A stretch of DNA of 64,000 nucleotides, from positions 558,001 to 622,000 of the forward strand of contig JAYWIR010000010.1 in assembly GCA_036172245.1 (NCBI GenBank), written 5' to 3'. The stretch is from Raillietiella orientalis (taxonomy: Eukaryota). The notes beneath the pieces were generated by a model, which saw only the letters and a program-made list of their open reading frames with translations, did no database searches and had not been told where the DNA came from. Below, piece by piece: positions 13,622 through 26,240 of this stretch (positions within the stretch are counted from its first letter, which is position 1; each line of letters opens with the position of its first letter). The translations under genes and the position numbers were made by a program.

Positions 13622-16009
13622 GGCGGCGGCGGAGGCGGAGGCGTGGCGGTTCCCTGTCCCGCCGCCGCGCGACGCCGCGATCGTCCTCGTGGCGCGCGCG
13701 CGTGCACGTGCGCGGCCGAATGGTCTCCAAGCGGAGGAACGGTCTGAAGAGCACGGGAGCGAGACGGAGGCCCCCGATCCACTGAAATGCCCTCTGCCTC
13801 TCCTCCTGCTCTTCTTGCAGCGTTCTCGGCTGCCAAGACCTTGCAGTTCCGGGTTCGGCGCTCCCCCTGCACAGTCGCTCGGGGCTGCGCATAGGGCCCC
13901 AGGCGCGGCGGCCGACCGGAAGGGGAACGAACGGAGGTGTACGTGTGGGGGGGTTCCGCCCGCGCGATTTCCAGCTCCTTCCGTCGTCAACCCCCGCCCC
14001 CCCCCCCTCCAACCATGTCCGTTCCCGAGCACCCTCGCCGGAACCTTGCATTCGTGGGCGCGCGAAGAGACCCCGTTCGTCACCCCTCCCCCCCCCCCCT
14101 CGGTGTGCCGCTCTATAAATAGAGCCCTGCGTTGGAACAGTACGGCCACGGAAACAGGACGTCCCGCGAGGGATGGGTACAGGTACGGAGGGGTTTTTCG
14201 AGGATGCGGCGGTCCAGGATCTCCGGAGATCGCCTTCGCTCCATGCGAAGAGGATCCGAAAGGCGAAAACGGAAAGGCGAGCTCGCGATCCGTTTTCCCG
14301 ATGACCAGGAGAGAGGGAACGAGCAGGAAGGGAGGAGGGGGGCGAAAGTAGAAATTTGGAATCGCTGCGCCGCCGCCGCCCCGATCCAAAGGCTCGCTGC
14401 TGCTGCTCCAGCAGAGGGAGGAGAGAGTGGTATCCCCCCCCCCCCCACCACCCGATACGTCGGCGGGAAGAGGTCAGCCAGTTTCCCGCCCTCCACGTCC
14501 GCCCCGGGATACGCACCCACCGGGGGGGGGGAAGGGTTTCCAGGTGATCTTCCGCCGACGTGCGGATGGAATTCCGGAAGGTGCGCCGCCGCTTCGCTGT
14601 ATCCTTGCGGGCGCGACCGCGCGTCCCACGGAAGGCTTTCTGGAAGTGCCTCCCCCCCTTTACCCCCCGCAGGGGTGGCGAGGCGGCCGCATCGCCCCGA
14701 AAAACGCACGGCGGCGTGTTGCTGGCACGGATCCCTCCCTCCTCCCGAAGCGCCGAGAGGAAGAAAAATCCGGGATGCGATGGTTCGCCTCCGTGTGTCC
14801 CGTACCTGAGCCCGTGGATCGAAGCATCGACGCCCATGTAATGGCGTTCGTTCCTTGCGGGAGACGTCCAGGACGCGCTCTCCCGCGTCTCCGTGCGGCG
14901 GGATCTTCCATTTTGTTTATCCCATAACTTCGCTCGCGAGTCCCGTCGAAGGTGTTATTGCTTTCGTCTTTCCCGATACGCCCGGAATTTTTTTCCCTTC
15001 TTCTTTTTCCTTTCTTTCTTTGTGGTTCCTCCCGTGGGACTCTCAATTCTCACGTGTTGGAAGTCGGCGGTGCTCTTTCTTCGCGCTCCCACCGCCACCA
15101 CTCCGCCACCACGCGGGAGTGTGCGCTCCGTGCTCACCTCCGGGCGGGTGGACGGATCCCGGGACGCGGCGGCGTTCCTCCTCCTCCCCCCCCCCCCCCG
15201 ACGCATCCTTCCCTGGTCGCGGGGTTCTCCCCGTTCCCGGCTCTCCCGCTCGAAAAAACGTGTTTGGCAGTGCCGAACCGTGCGCGCCCCTCCCGATAAA
15301 AATAAAATAAAAAGTGAAATAAAAACGAAGATGGCAACGCTCCTTTTCGGAGTGTTGCTCGCGAATGGTGCGGAAACACCGTCGTGCACGCGGCTGTTCC
15401 CCCCTCTCCCCTCCCCTCCCCCTTCCCGTCCTCTTCGCGAAGTTGGGCTTCGCCCCGTCGCTCTCTTCCTCCGGAAATTTTCGTTCCTCCAGAAGGGATT
15501 TGGTTTCTCTTTGTTCGTCACCTCAGCCCACCATCACCGGTATTTCACCCCCCCCCCCCTCTCCCCTGTTTTTTTTTTTTTTTTTTTTTTTTTTATTTTT
15601 CTTCCTTTCTTTCCCTTCTCCTCTTTTTTTTCCCGCCCCCTGCAATGGCCGGCGAATAATTCAGAGCAGTCTTTCCCTCTCGCGGAGCGCGCGGCCGACG
15701 CGCTTTCTCTTCGCTCACTTTAATTCAAAACAAATATCGCAATCGAAAAGGTCACCGCGAGCCATCGCGCAGTTTCCATGGGTACACTGCGAAGTGTCTC
15801 GGCGAAATCAATCCCGGAGGTTTGCGTTTCCAGGTTCGTTCTGGTGTCCGTGTGCGCGCGTGTGTACGCACGCACGCACGCGTTCGCGGGGTAGTTCGAC
15901 GAGGCAGCGGCGGCGCGAGTGTCCTCTGCCGGGTGTGTTTACATGCGGATGTGCTGTCATCTGATGGCGAAAAAGAGAAGGAAGAAAGAACACGGAGCTA
16001 ACCAGAGTG

Positions 16010-16046
<37 letters not shown>

Positions 16047-17753
16047 CCCCCTTCCTCTTCCCCCTCCCTCCCTCCCTCTCTCCCTGCGCGCGAGCCTCGA
16101 TCCAGCCAAGTCGTGTAGGTCTGTGCTTTTGTTCCGTGTCTCTTCCCCCAACTGCTGCTGCTCCCCCCGCTGGCCGTTCCGACGGATGCCCGGACGGTGG
16201 TTTCCCGGGCCGCGTGAACCTGTGCGTCGGTGTTCCCGGATCGATTATCCCCTTCCCGTAGGCGTGATCGCTCCGCGAGTCCCCGTGTCGACCTCTTCGC
16301 AGTCATTCTGCAGCGTACGGCGACTTCTGAACGGCGACCCGGAAAGGATTTCAGTTGCTTTCACTGCAATTTTAACTCTGAGTTGTGATTTCAGGTAGAA
16401 GACTTAATATGATGACTTAATTATAGGCTTTTTTTAAAAAAAAAAAAAAAAAACAAACAAACAAAAACAAACGAAAAAACAAAAAAACATAAACTTGTCA
16501 AAAAAAAAAAAAAAAAAGTGACATTTTGAAGAGCAGGGACGATATATATTCATTCGGTGGCTGAAGAGAGGTGCCAAAACTGAAAGGAAAAAAAAAAAGA
16601 TTCTTTTCCTGGTGGTGTGTGTCATGGTGTTCGGAGAAACTGGCAGTTCAGGTGTTTTCTCGCTATGGATTTGCCTTTGATTGCTTATTAGTGGACTAAT
16701 GTGGTTTTCTACCCGGTGGCAAAGTGTCGTAAATACAAATGCCTGGTGACTGGGAGAATCCGAGTCGTGTGAAGAATATATAAAGGCTCCACCCCGTACG
16801 TTGCATCCGGCAGGCAGTAATCAAAGTAAGAGATGCTACAATCATCCATGCATGTGTGAGAAAGTGGGGAGTACTTAGGAGTGTGCCCTTTTTTCCTGTA
16901 ACTCACCCGCGCCCACCAGGGAGAGAGAGAGAGAGGGAGAGGGAAGAGTGGCGTCACGGCGTGGGCAGCGCCACTTTCCCCATTCTCGGAAACTCGCGAG
17001 CCGCGGCAGGCGTGGTGCTCTGGTCGCCAGAGAAACGGGAGGAACCCTCCGATCCCGGGAGAGACGCTCCTCAGTCGCATCTTCTTCCTGCTTGCACACC
17101 GTTTTCCCTTTTCCTCCTCCTCCTTCTTAAAATATGTGTGTGTGTGTGAAAAGTGCACCTTTGTTTTGGGAGGCCCATCGAGCGGCAGCCGCATTTTGAT
17201 TAGGCAGCGTGTAGGCGGCTGCTGCTGCTGCTGCTGCTGCGGATGATGATGATCGTTCTTTTATTTATTTATTTATTCTTACTCATAGCTGTTGTTTTGC
17301 TGGAAGTGTTTTTTTTTTTTTTTGTTTCTTTTATTTGCATTGGATCGATCTCTTTTTTTGTGCGTTTGTTTTCCTGTCGTTTTCCGGAAGCGTCTTCTTC
17401 TTCTTCTTTCGTACATCTCCCGGCCTTACGCTCGTGCATCTCGCGCACGAAAGTGTACATTCCCCCCCCCCCCTCGCCCCTCCCCCCGTTCCCCCAACAC
17501 CCAAAATAACCCGAAACAAAACCATCGCAGCGCGATAGCAGCCGCTCGGTTGTTCTTTGGCTCCGAATCCACGATCGTGCAGCAGCAGCAGCCATCGTTT
17601 GACCTCTCCGTCCACGCTCCCCCGCCACTGCCAACTTGCTCGGCACCGGCAGGCGGGCCGTAGTCGAGTACGAGATGGGGGAGGGGAGGGACGTGCCTGC
17701 TTGCGAGCTTCTCGGGAGGAGGAGGAGGCCGGGACGTTTCCATGGCGAGCGCG

Positions 17754-17799
<46 letters not shown>

Positions 17800-20700
17800 G
17801 AGGGGAGAGACGCCGCCGCCGCCGCCTCCCGAGGTTTCTCTCGTCCTGCCCTGCCGGCAGCGGACACTTCCTGACCTTCCACGTGGTTTCGCGGGCCCAC
17901 TCTCCCCGAAGCGAGACGTCGCCCAGGGTCACGTGCTCCTCCCCTCCCCCCCCTCGGAGGGCGATCGGGAGGAGGCGCGTTTGCGGTGGTGCAGCAGCAA
18001 CTCTCGGTGTTTATTTTTGGTCGGTCTCCATGGGCGCCTTCGGTGCTGCCGCTTTGCAGGCGCGTACGAAAGCGCGGGGCGCGGTTAAGTATAGGTTTTC
18101 CATCTCGTACGCGGACGAATTCCTTTCGGATGTTGGCAGAAGACGCACTGCTCTCCTGGCCCTCTTCCCTAACATCGCGAGGTAATTCGATTTTTCGTGT
18201 CCTCGACGGAGTGATCGGTGTTTTCTTCCGTCGACGGGCTCCGAGCATCCAGGAATTCGCGCTCATCTCTATCAAACCTCCATCGCTCGCATTATTTTGC
18301 TCGTACGCAGGATATTGACACTGCCGTGGGCAAAAGAAGAGGAGGCAGCAGCAGAAGAAGTGGAAGGGAAAGGAGGGGGAAAAAAAAAAAAGAAAAAGAA
18401 AAAGAAAAAGAAAGAAAACGAAAACGCGCGCGCGCACAGCGCCGATTCGTCCGATGCCTTTCCAACGCGCAAAAGGTCGGTGCGAATTTTTCGACCGAAT
18501 TTTCGAAAGTCATCGAAATCGTACATTCGGCCGCGTCGCATGGCGATTGAGCGATCACCGAATGCGGAAGTTTCTCGCGTCAGCTTTCAAGATGAATGGC
18601 GACCCGGTGGGATGCGAGAGTGCTTTTCATTGAAGCTGCGTCCACCGTCCAGCTGTCGATTCCGAGCCTCCGCGGTAAACATGGCTGTCCTTTTTCAATG
18701 AAACGCGTGTCCACGTTCCGTGTGTGTGTGTGTGTGTGTGTGTGTTTCCCCTCCCCCCCCCCCTGCCACGGGCGTTCAATCACGGATTAGGCGTAGATCG
18801 TAGCTTTAAATTATGCATTTTAAGGTCACAGCTTCAGGGAAAGGAGCACTTCAGTAATTTCATCTTCTCACCCCATGTTCATTTAATTACAGGCCATCGC
18901 AAATTGCAATTCGAAAATGCTTGTGCATAGGTGCATGTATTAGCCTATCGTGATGTGAAATTATTTATTCAGTAGCCCTTCCTTTTGGTCCGTTTCCATG
19001 ATACGCGAACCTCCTCCTGCTGCAATCTGTATGTTTTTATCCGGGAAGGAGAAGGGGGGGGGGGAAGAAAGAAGAAAAAAAAAAAGAAGTGGTGTGCACG
19101 TAAGAGGAGGACTTGCGATTACGTCTTCGAGGAATTGGCGAGTAGGAAAGTGGGGAGGAGGGGGGGGGGAGAGAGAGATAGAGAGAGAGAGAGAGAGAAG
19201 AGAAGAGAAAAAACACCATGGGAAAACCTCGATAGGCATCCGAAAACCAAATAAGTCCACAGATCGAGAAAACGCTCTCGTCAAGACGTGCGGTTGGGAT
19301 AGAACAACAGCAAGCGTCGTCGTCCGGAACAGAATGCTGTCGCCATAAAAGTTCCATCTCCTCCTCCTCTCCTCCTCCCTGAAGTATGCGAATCTTCCGA
19401 GCGGCTGCGGAGCCCCGCTGGACCGCGGCACGTATAGAGAGCAACCGCTCTCACACAGAGATGCGTGGAAAACGTGTGGCGGTACGTGCGGTTCCCTTGG
19501 AATTTTCCAATTTCTCTCTCCTCCCACCCCACCTCGACCCCTCCCCTCCCCCCACAAAGAGGGGGGGGGGAAAAAAAAACAGAAAGGAAAAAGAAGACGT
19601 TCACAGATATTCCTAATAAGAATAAGATCGGTTGTTTGTTTCGTTTCGTTTTGTTTTTTTTGTTTTTTTTTTTTTTTTTTGATCATTTCTTGTGTTACCC
19701 ATTAATCGGCATGAAGTTGGCATGGACTTCGTCAGTCGGACAACGTCCATCTGACTTTCGAGATTCTTTGCTTTGACGTACAAGAAAGAAAAGGAAAAAA
19801 AAAGGCTGAAAAAGCGCAGTACACCTTGCATTAGAGCTTCTGATGTGTGTGCAGTACATAGATTTTTGCCTGTGTATGTATGTATGCAGACATTTTGCTT
19901 GTGTGTGTGTGTGTGGGGCACAGATGTGTGTGTGTGTGTTAGTAATGCCCTTTTCGACCAGATGCAAGGTGTTCAAGGAATGCATCCGCCCATGCAGAGT
20001 CAGCAGACCTACTCCGGTCAGTATGTTGCTCAGAGGGGACATGCCGGACCGATGGGGAACATGATGATGGGCAACGCCATGATGCAAGGAAACAACATGA
20101 TGCCTGCAAACAACATAGCTCCAGCCTCCAACATGATGGCGGGAAGCAACCTTGTGCCTGCAGGGAACATGATGAACAGCGGTGTCATCATGGGCAACAA
20201 TGCCATGATAGGAGCCTCCGGCATGATTCACAGCATGGGGACCATGGCAGTGAATCCGAAGATGGCCATGGGCGTCCAGGTACTGAGGGATGATTCTGGG
20301 AATGCGTCCAGGTGGCGGCGGGCCTCCATTTTCCAGGGGCAAGCAACGCAGACGAACATGACCGTGTATAGTCAGCAGAGGCGCCCCTCACCTTACCCCA
20401 GTCCTGCAATGCACGTGAACCAGAAGAGGCAGCAGCAGGCGTATATTCCCAACCAGATGAATGCCATCCCCCAGCAGATGCCGGCGGCTGCACCTCAGGC
20501 TTTCAACGCAAACGCCGCGACGGCCTCGGCAAATTTCGGGGCTCAGGTAAGCGCGCCCCGGAGGGGTCGCACAGGGACGCGTCAATCCACGGTTGCTCTC
20601 CTCCCTCAGTACCAGTACCCTGCGCAGAGACCGAACTTCCAGCAGGCACAGTATGCGATCCAGTCGAGCATGCCTTCCTACCCGATGCACAACCCCGGGG

Positions 20701-21068
20701 CCATGAGACCAGGGATGAGGATGTCCTTCGCACCTCAGTCCCAGGCTCAGAGCACGCAGCCATATCATGCGCACTACGGTCAAATGACCCAGGCTGGTCC
20801 CATGCAGAACCAATATTCTGCCAATCAGTACAGCCAGTATCAGCATCAGTTCCAGTCTCAGCCGCAGACACAGCAGATGGATTATCAAAGGAACGTGAAC
20901 TATCAACATTCCCCCATCCCCGGTAATCCGACCCCTCCTCTGACTCCTGCTTCCAACATACCTTCATACATGTCTCCCCAATCAGTGAATGACATAAAGC
21001 CCAATGTGCAAGATATGAAATTTCCAATCACATCTTCTGGAAGTAAGTGGCGTCTTTTAGTATATATC

Positions 21069-21099
<31 letters not shown>

Positions 21100-24000
21100 T
21101 TTAAAAAAAAGAAAAAAGAAAAACTGACTTTCCGAGTTTGCCTTTCCCCTCGTTGCAGTCGTTTTCCCCTGCCCATCCCGCTGCTACTTTATAATACTTT
21201 TCGCGTGCCTCTTCGTGTCCCGGAGCGCGGAGTGAAACCCGAGGAATCCCTCCCGGGAGCGACGTTTTCCCGGGAATCGCGGTTTGCCCGCGCTGCCTTT
21301 GTTTCCGCGATCAGCACGAAGCTGCCGGGAATCGCCGTAGGACGGGATAGGTTTCCCCGAGGAGACTCTCCCCGGAGCCGCCCGCTTGGGATGGATGGAT
21401 GACGCGGCCGCCTTCCAGCGGACCGAGTTGAATTCAGGGAATTCATCCCGGTGAAATCGGAGACTCGGCGTGTGCGTTCGGTGTGGTTATATAGCAATTA
21501 TATGTGGTCGAAACTCGAGATAACCGCGGGCTCCCGAGGTGACTCGGGAACCGTGTTAAAGCGAACAGCCCTCCCTCCCTCCCTCCTCTGGCTTTCCTCC
21601 TGCTCCAGGTAGATGAGGCGCTGCTGCTTTTTGTTTCCGAATGAAGAGGCCGGCGAGTGCCGCGCAACGAAAAACGCGCCCCGGGGTGTGTACCAACCAT
21701 TCTTCTTGTGCTTCCAGAGGATGAAGAACTCCGTCTAACTTTCCCGGTGAGAGATGGAATCGTGCTGCCGCCCTTCCGCCTTGAACACAATCTTGCCGTC
21801 AGCAACCACATCTTCCAGCTGAAGCCCACGGTTTACCAGACGCTGATGTGGCGGTACGGCGGGACCCCCGCCGGGTCGCGGGCCCCTCTTGTCACCTCTG
21901 CCCTGTGTAGGTCGGACCTGGAGCTGCAGCTGAAGTGTTTCCACCACGAGGACCGCCAGATGAACACGAACTGGCCGGCGTCCGTTCAAGTGTCCATGAA
22001 CAATACTCCCTTGACGATCGACCGTGGGGAGAACAAAGCGTCCCACAAGCCGCTCTACCTGAAGCAAGTGTGTCAGTCCGGGAGGAACACCATACAGATC
22101 ACCGTCACCGCGTGTTGCTGCGTAAGTGTGTTCTCCTTGTGTGTGGCGGCGTCCCCGCGCAGAGGGGTCCCGCGACGGGGGCCGGCCCTCCTCCTCCTCC
22201 TCTTGCAGAAAGTTGCGGGTTGCACGCACCCGGAGCACCTCTCCCTTCCCCCCCCCCCCTCCCTCCCTTTTTTCCCCTCTTTTTGTGTGTCTCACTGACA
22301 GTCCGGCGGGTTTGCCGCAGGGCAGGCGGTCACAGCCCGGTTCCATCCTTGTCCCCCTGGACTGTTTCGGTCGTTCAAAGGAAACTTTTTCTTGGAGCGA
22401 GGGGAGGGATCCCCCCTTCCTGCCCCCTTTCTTCTCCCTCCCGTACATCCGGTGTTCCGGTGCGGTTTTTCTCCTGTTGTTTGTCTCGCCAACTCCCTCT
22501 CTCGAGATTTGCAATGGAAGGGCACTCATTTTCTCAACCCAAGTTGTTTTTATTCGAGAATTTCACGGCATTGCGTATATTTAACAAAAAAAAAAAGAAA
22601 AGCGATGTTGCCCGGAAGGTGTGCAGCACGGTGGAAGAGGAGAGAGGGAAGAAGAAGTGTGTTTTAAAAGGGAAAGACTGCTATTGATTCAGCTTTTTAA
22701 TAGCGTTCCGTGGTGGTTTAATCCTTACGTATTAAAACCCATATGTATTCTCACACCCATTCACATTAACCTTCGCTGCCTCTTGGCGTGCTGCGCAACA
22801 AGAAGGGGGGGGGGGAGGGGAGGGGAAAAAAAAACACACAAAAAAAAACAATAATTCCAGCGCGATTGCAAAACCATAAATTTTGATCGCATTCCCTCCC
22901 TCCCTCCCTCTCTCTCTCCTCTTTCCAACCGTGGTGTCTTTGCAAACTTCTTTTTCTTTCCTTCTTCATTATTATAATATTCATGGACGCGGTGGTTCTT
23001 TTATTACCGGGGGGGGGGGGGTGGGCTGTCTTAGCGGTGCTTTTGCACGCGTCCAAGTCCATTCACAGTTTCCACGAGTCCGCCGGACGGACTGCTCACC
23101 GGCCCCCGGCGGAGAGGCAGGCAGGGCTCTGCTCGCGCGTCCCTCTCCGGTCGTTCTTCCACGTGCACCACGGTGTGCGTGCTCCGGGCTGCGCGTCCAC
23201 TACTGCCCTTCCTTCCTCTTCGTGCACCCTCCCGTTGGCCTGTGCGCTTCCCGACCGGACGGAGGTTTGGTCGCAGGTGCTGCTCCTTTCCGATTTCCGG
23301 GCGCGGTGTTTGCGCCAGCCGAGGGCCGCGCTCGGGTGTGCCCGGGGCGCGTCACTTCGCGCGCAGCCGCGAGCCGTCCCGCCACCGGCGGTCGGTCAGC
23401 CGGCGGCGCCCTCCAATTCGTGTGTCTTTCAGTCGCACCTCTTCGTACTGCAGCTGGTCCACCGACCCAGCGTGCGATCCGTCCTGCAGGGCCTCCTGAG
23501 AAAGCGGTTGCTTCCGGCGGACCACTGCGTGGCGAAGATCAAGCGGAACAACTCGGTGCTGTCCACGTCCGGCTCGCTGGACGGGGACGGGGTCGAGCAG
23601 ACCGCAATCAAAGTAAGCTACACGGACGCGTCCTCGTGGTGCAGTTGTATGGATTAGCGTCATTACCAGGTGTCTCTGAAATGCCCCATCACGTTCAAAA
23701 GGATAACGCTTCCTGCCAGGGGAAGCGAGTGCAAACACGTCCAGTGTTTCGATCTGGAATCCTACCTCCAGCTTAACTGCGAAAGAGGAGCCTGGAGGTG
23801 CCCCGTCTGCAAGTAAAGGAAACTTGTTGACCTTTCGGGTCACGGCGGCGTGCCTTGTTTGCTCTCTTTGCAGCAAGACCGCGCTGCTGGAAGGTCTGGA
23901 GGTCGACCAGTACATATGGGGCATCCTCACCAGCCTCAACAACACGGACATCGACGAGATAACCATAGACAACACGGCTTCCTGGAAACCATCCAAGTAT

Positions 24001-26240
24001 AACGGGATAAAGGTTGGTGAACAGAGGTCACCCGCGTTTTCGCCACCGCTTCGATCAGTTCTGCCCGAAGGAAGAGGATTTGGGCGAGACGTGCAGCGCG
24101 AAGAGATTCAAAGCCATGTCGCCAGGAAGCACAGCTCTTCCCACCATGGCAACCTGGGAGCAGAACCAAACCATGTCCCCGTATTCTCAGTTACCTGATA
24201 TAAATAGTATGACGTCACCCTGCGCCCACCGGGGATTTCATCCGCCCCCTTTTTTCTTGCCAGGCATTGCTAATGGTTCGCTGATGGGATACAGTAATAA
24301 TGGGCTTGGCTATTCGTCCGAGTACCCAAGCAGTAATCCGTTGGCCCCATTGAACGCAATGGAAAAGAATCTCACAGACCAAGTTTCCATGAACACGTCA
24401 TCTATTGCAAGTAGTCAGGTAAAGAAGTCCGCAGCCCACGGAACCGCGCGGGTTCCCTTCGCGAGAGGGAGGGGGGGGGGCGACACCCGGGGGCATGAAA
24501 ACTCGCAATTTTCCACTACCCCCGATTTCTGGCGCTTCGTTTGCCACCCTTCCCCCTCCTCCTCCTTGTTTTGTGTACGTGTGTGCGTCCTGTTTACCTT
24601 ATCTGTGTACTTATCCGTGCAGGTGTTTGGGTGCGATTTCCCCAGAAATTTGTTCTCCAAGTGGTTCCTTTCCTTTCCTTTCTTCCCTTTTTGAAAAAAA
24701 CTGACCCTGAAACGACAGGAATGTAAATAAATATCCCAGAGATCCCCCCCACCCCCACCCCCACGCCACGAAATGTCACCGTTTGTAGAAACGGAGCCCT
24801 TCCTAAGAATGCTGCTGCACGGGCAGCAGCACTCTATTTTAAAAGCCTTCCCCCTCCCCCCCTCTTCTTCTTCTTCCTCCTCCTCCTTTCTCCCCCCTCC
24901 CCCCCCGTTCTTGCCATGTGGATCACATTTTTGCTGCGCACGGTAAGACCCCCACGCCCAAGCACATCATCATCATCATCATACGGTTGCAAGACGGGTT
25001 GCGATGGGCAAGCAGGAGCGCCGCTCGGGTTCATCCGTACGGATGAGAAGGGAGGCAGAAGAGCCTCACGGGCCCTTTCGTCGCCGTCGTTTCCCATCCC
25101 TCCCTCCATCTTTTCTTCTCCCCTCCCCCCCCCCCCCCCGTTTCCCCCCTGCCCCGAGCCGCCGAGTGATCGATGCCGCTCGCATCGGGAAAAGTTGCAT
25201 CACGCGACCTCGATCGGAAGCGGCGCGCGCGAACGCATGGAAGGCAACAGCAATGGCGCCGGCGCGCGCGCGCGCAAAGTTCATCGTGCGGGGAATTGCG
25301 GGCGATCTCTCCTCCCTCTCTCTCTCCTCCCTCCTCCTCCGGCCGCCCTTGCCGACTTGGCGTCTCTGTAAAGAGCCGCCGTGTCCCATGTTGCGCCCCC
25401 CACCCCATCCCCGGTGCCGTCCGCCGACGCAGGGTCTGTGGCCGTGGGCGCGCGCCACCCTCTTCATCCCCCCCCGTCGCATGCTGTTGGAACTCCGTCT
25501 TTTCCCCGTCCTCGTAAATTCTGCAGCAGCGGTTTGCTTGCGAGTCGCTACCGCCGACGCTGCTGAGCGACCTTTCCCCAAGTCGGGAACGGTGGTGGGG
25601 CGGGGATCGGCCGCCCCGTTGAAAATTGCGTTATCCTTCTGCCCTTCTTGTGCCCCACCTCCCCGCGAAAGCGCCCTCCCCTCCGTGGGGGGTGGATGGG
25701 GGTGCGCCCCGGAGGCTGCTGGCCTTCTCGAGAACGCCCCCCCCCCCTTTGCCTCTTCATGTCGCCTTCGCGAGCTTGTACGGTGCATTTCAGATATCCC
25801 ACCCTTCTCACGGCCCCCACACTTCCCACACTCCCCATACTCCCGGAAGTGGGTCTCAGAGTTCGATATTGACTCCGTCTTCCCAGCCTCACACTCCACT
25901 CGGTAGTGGGAACAGTGGTTCCAACCAGAGCAATTCCTCCACTCACATGAACAGTGCAGATGTGAATCCTTCACTGAACGATAGCTCGGGCTTACCTCCT
26001 GATTTGACCTCTGATCTCAATTTTGATCCCACTGCTGTTATCGAAGGTGAGGGACAAGGTCAAGAAGCCCTTAATCTATTACCCGACGGGATCGTGGATC
26101 CGATGGACATCTTAAATTATCTTGAACCCCCAGATCTGGCGACGCCACCGTCCAGCGGTGGCAGCAGCGCAGGAGGAGCGAGCCACGTTGGCAATTCGGG
26201 AAGTACGAACGACGACATTTTAGCGTTGTTCGAGTCGTGA
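7754..26240 (+). CDS. ZMIZ1: Zinc finger MIZ domain-containing protein (ZMIZ1/ZMIZ2/tonalli family). join(7754-7809,10118-10330,10777-10975,19962-20279,20337-20546,20610-21042,21718-21853,21911-22121,23433-23612,23670-23812,23874-24012,24071-24206,24264-24418,25794-26240); 2976 nt, 991 aa
   Basis: Family motifs occur in order: LSVVTTLWG, Ala-rich [113 protein letters not shown], and C-terminal [11 protein letters not shown]...[10 protein letters not shown]. All introns are GT-AG with consistent phases. An in-frame TGA lies upstream of ATG 7754. Confidence 0.95.
10118..10330 (+). CDS. ZMIZ1: ZMIZ coding exon 2
   Basis: Acceptor tttccag|; encodes [17 protein letters not shown] (ZMIZ motif); donor gtcagt at 10331. 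Confidence 0.9.
10777..10975 (+). CDS. ZMIZ1: ZMIZ coding exon 3 (alanine-rich domain)
   Basis: Branch-like gctaac then gaccag|; encodes [22 protein letters not shown]; donor gtgaag at 10976. Confidence 0.92.
17748..17797. repeat. (GC)n-(GA)n compound microsatellite
   Basis: Directly visible. Confidence 0.9.
19962..20279 (+). CDS. ZMIZ1: ZMIZ coding exon 4 (Met/Asn/Gly-rich)
   Basis: Acceptor ttttcgaccag|ATG; donor gtactg at 20280; phase 0 at both ends. Confidence 0.85.
20337..20546 (+). CDS. ZMIZ1: ZMIZ coding exon 5
   Basis: Acceptor attttccag|; encodes RRPSPYPSP...QKRQQQ; donor gtaagc at 20547. Confidence 0.85.
20610..21042 (+). CDS. ZMIZ1: ZMIZ coding exon 6 (Gln/Tyr-rich, [14 protein letters not shown])
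   Basis: Acceptor ctccctcag|; donor gtaagt at 21043. Confidence 0.92.
21061..21099. repeat. (TA)n microsatellite in a ZMIZ intron
   Basis: Directly visible. Confidence 0.9.
21718..21853 (+). CDS. ZMIZ1: ZMIZ coding exon 7
   Basis: Encodes [45 protein letters not shown]; boundaries cttccag| and |gtacgg. Confidence 0.95.
21911..22121 (+). CDS. ZMIZ1: ZMIZ coding exon 8
   Basis: Encodes [28 protein letters not shown]...[14 protein letters not shown]; donor gtaagt at 22122. Confidence 0.95.
23433..23612 (+). CDS. ZMIZ1: ZMIZ coding exon 9
   Basis: Encodes [32 protein letters not shown]...DGVEQTAIK; boundaries ctttcag| and |gtaagc. Confidence 0.95.
23670..23812 (+). CDS. ZMIZ1: ZMIZ coding exon 10 (SP-RING/MIZ zinc finger)
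   Basis: Encodes [47 protein letters not shown]. Confidence 0.97.
23874..24012 (+). CDS. ZMIZ1: ZMIZ coding exon 11
   Basis: Encodes [19 protein letters not shown]...[12 protein letters not shown]; boundaries ctttgcag| and |gttggt. Confidence 0.93.
24071..24206 (+). CDS. ZMIZ1: ZMIZ coding exon 12 (an in-frame acceptor giving start 24059 is also possible)
   Basis: Encodes [20 protein letters not shown] (family KRFKxMSP motif); donor gtatga at 24207. Confidence 0.85.
24264..24418 (+). CDS. ZMIZ1: ZMIZ coding exon 13
   Basis: Acceptor ttcttgccag|; encodes [15 protein letters not shown]; donor gtaaag at 24419. Confidence 0.85.
25794..26240 (+). CDS. ZMIZ1: ZMIZ terminal coding exon 14
   Basis: Acceptor catttcag|; encodes HTPHTP...[25 protein letters not shown]...[11 protein letters not shown]...[10 protein letters not shown]; stop TGA. 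Confidence 0.93.
   Translation: MSHPSHGPHTSHTPHTPGSGSQSSILTPSSQPHTPLGSGNSGSNQSNSSTHMNSADVNPSLNDSSGLPPDLTSDLNFDPTAVIEGEGQGQEALNLLPDGIVDPMDILNYLEPPDLATPPSSGGSSAGGASHVGNSGSTNDDILALFES

Noticed and set aside
11..19700. Many long six-frame ORFs (e.g. 11-1291, 9108-10772, 13026-14351, 13290-14837)
   Set aside because: They are Arg/Pro/Gly/Ala-rich translations of GC-rich simple repeats, open in several frames at once. Only the short ZMIZ exons inside them are supported.
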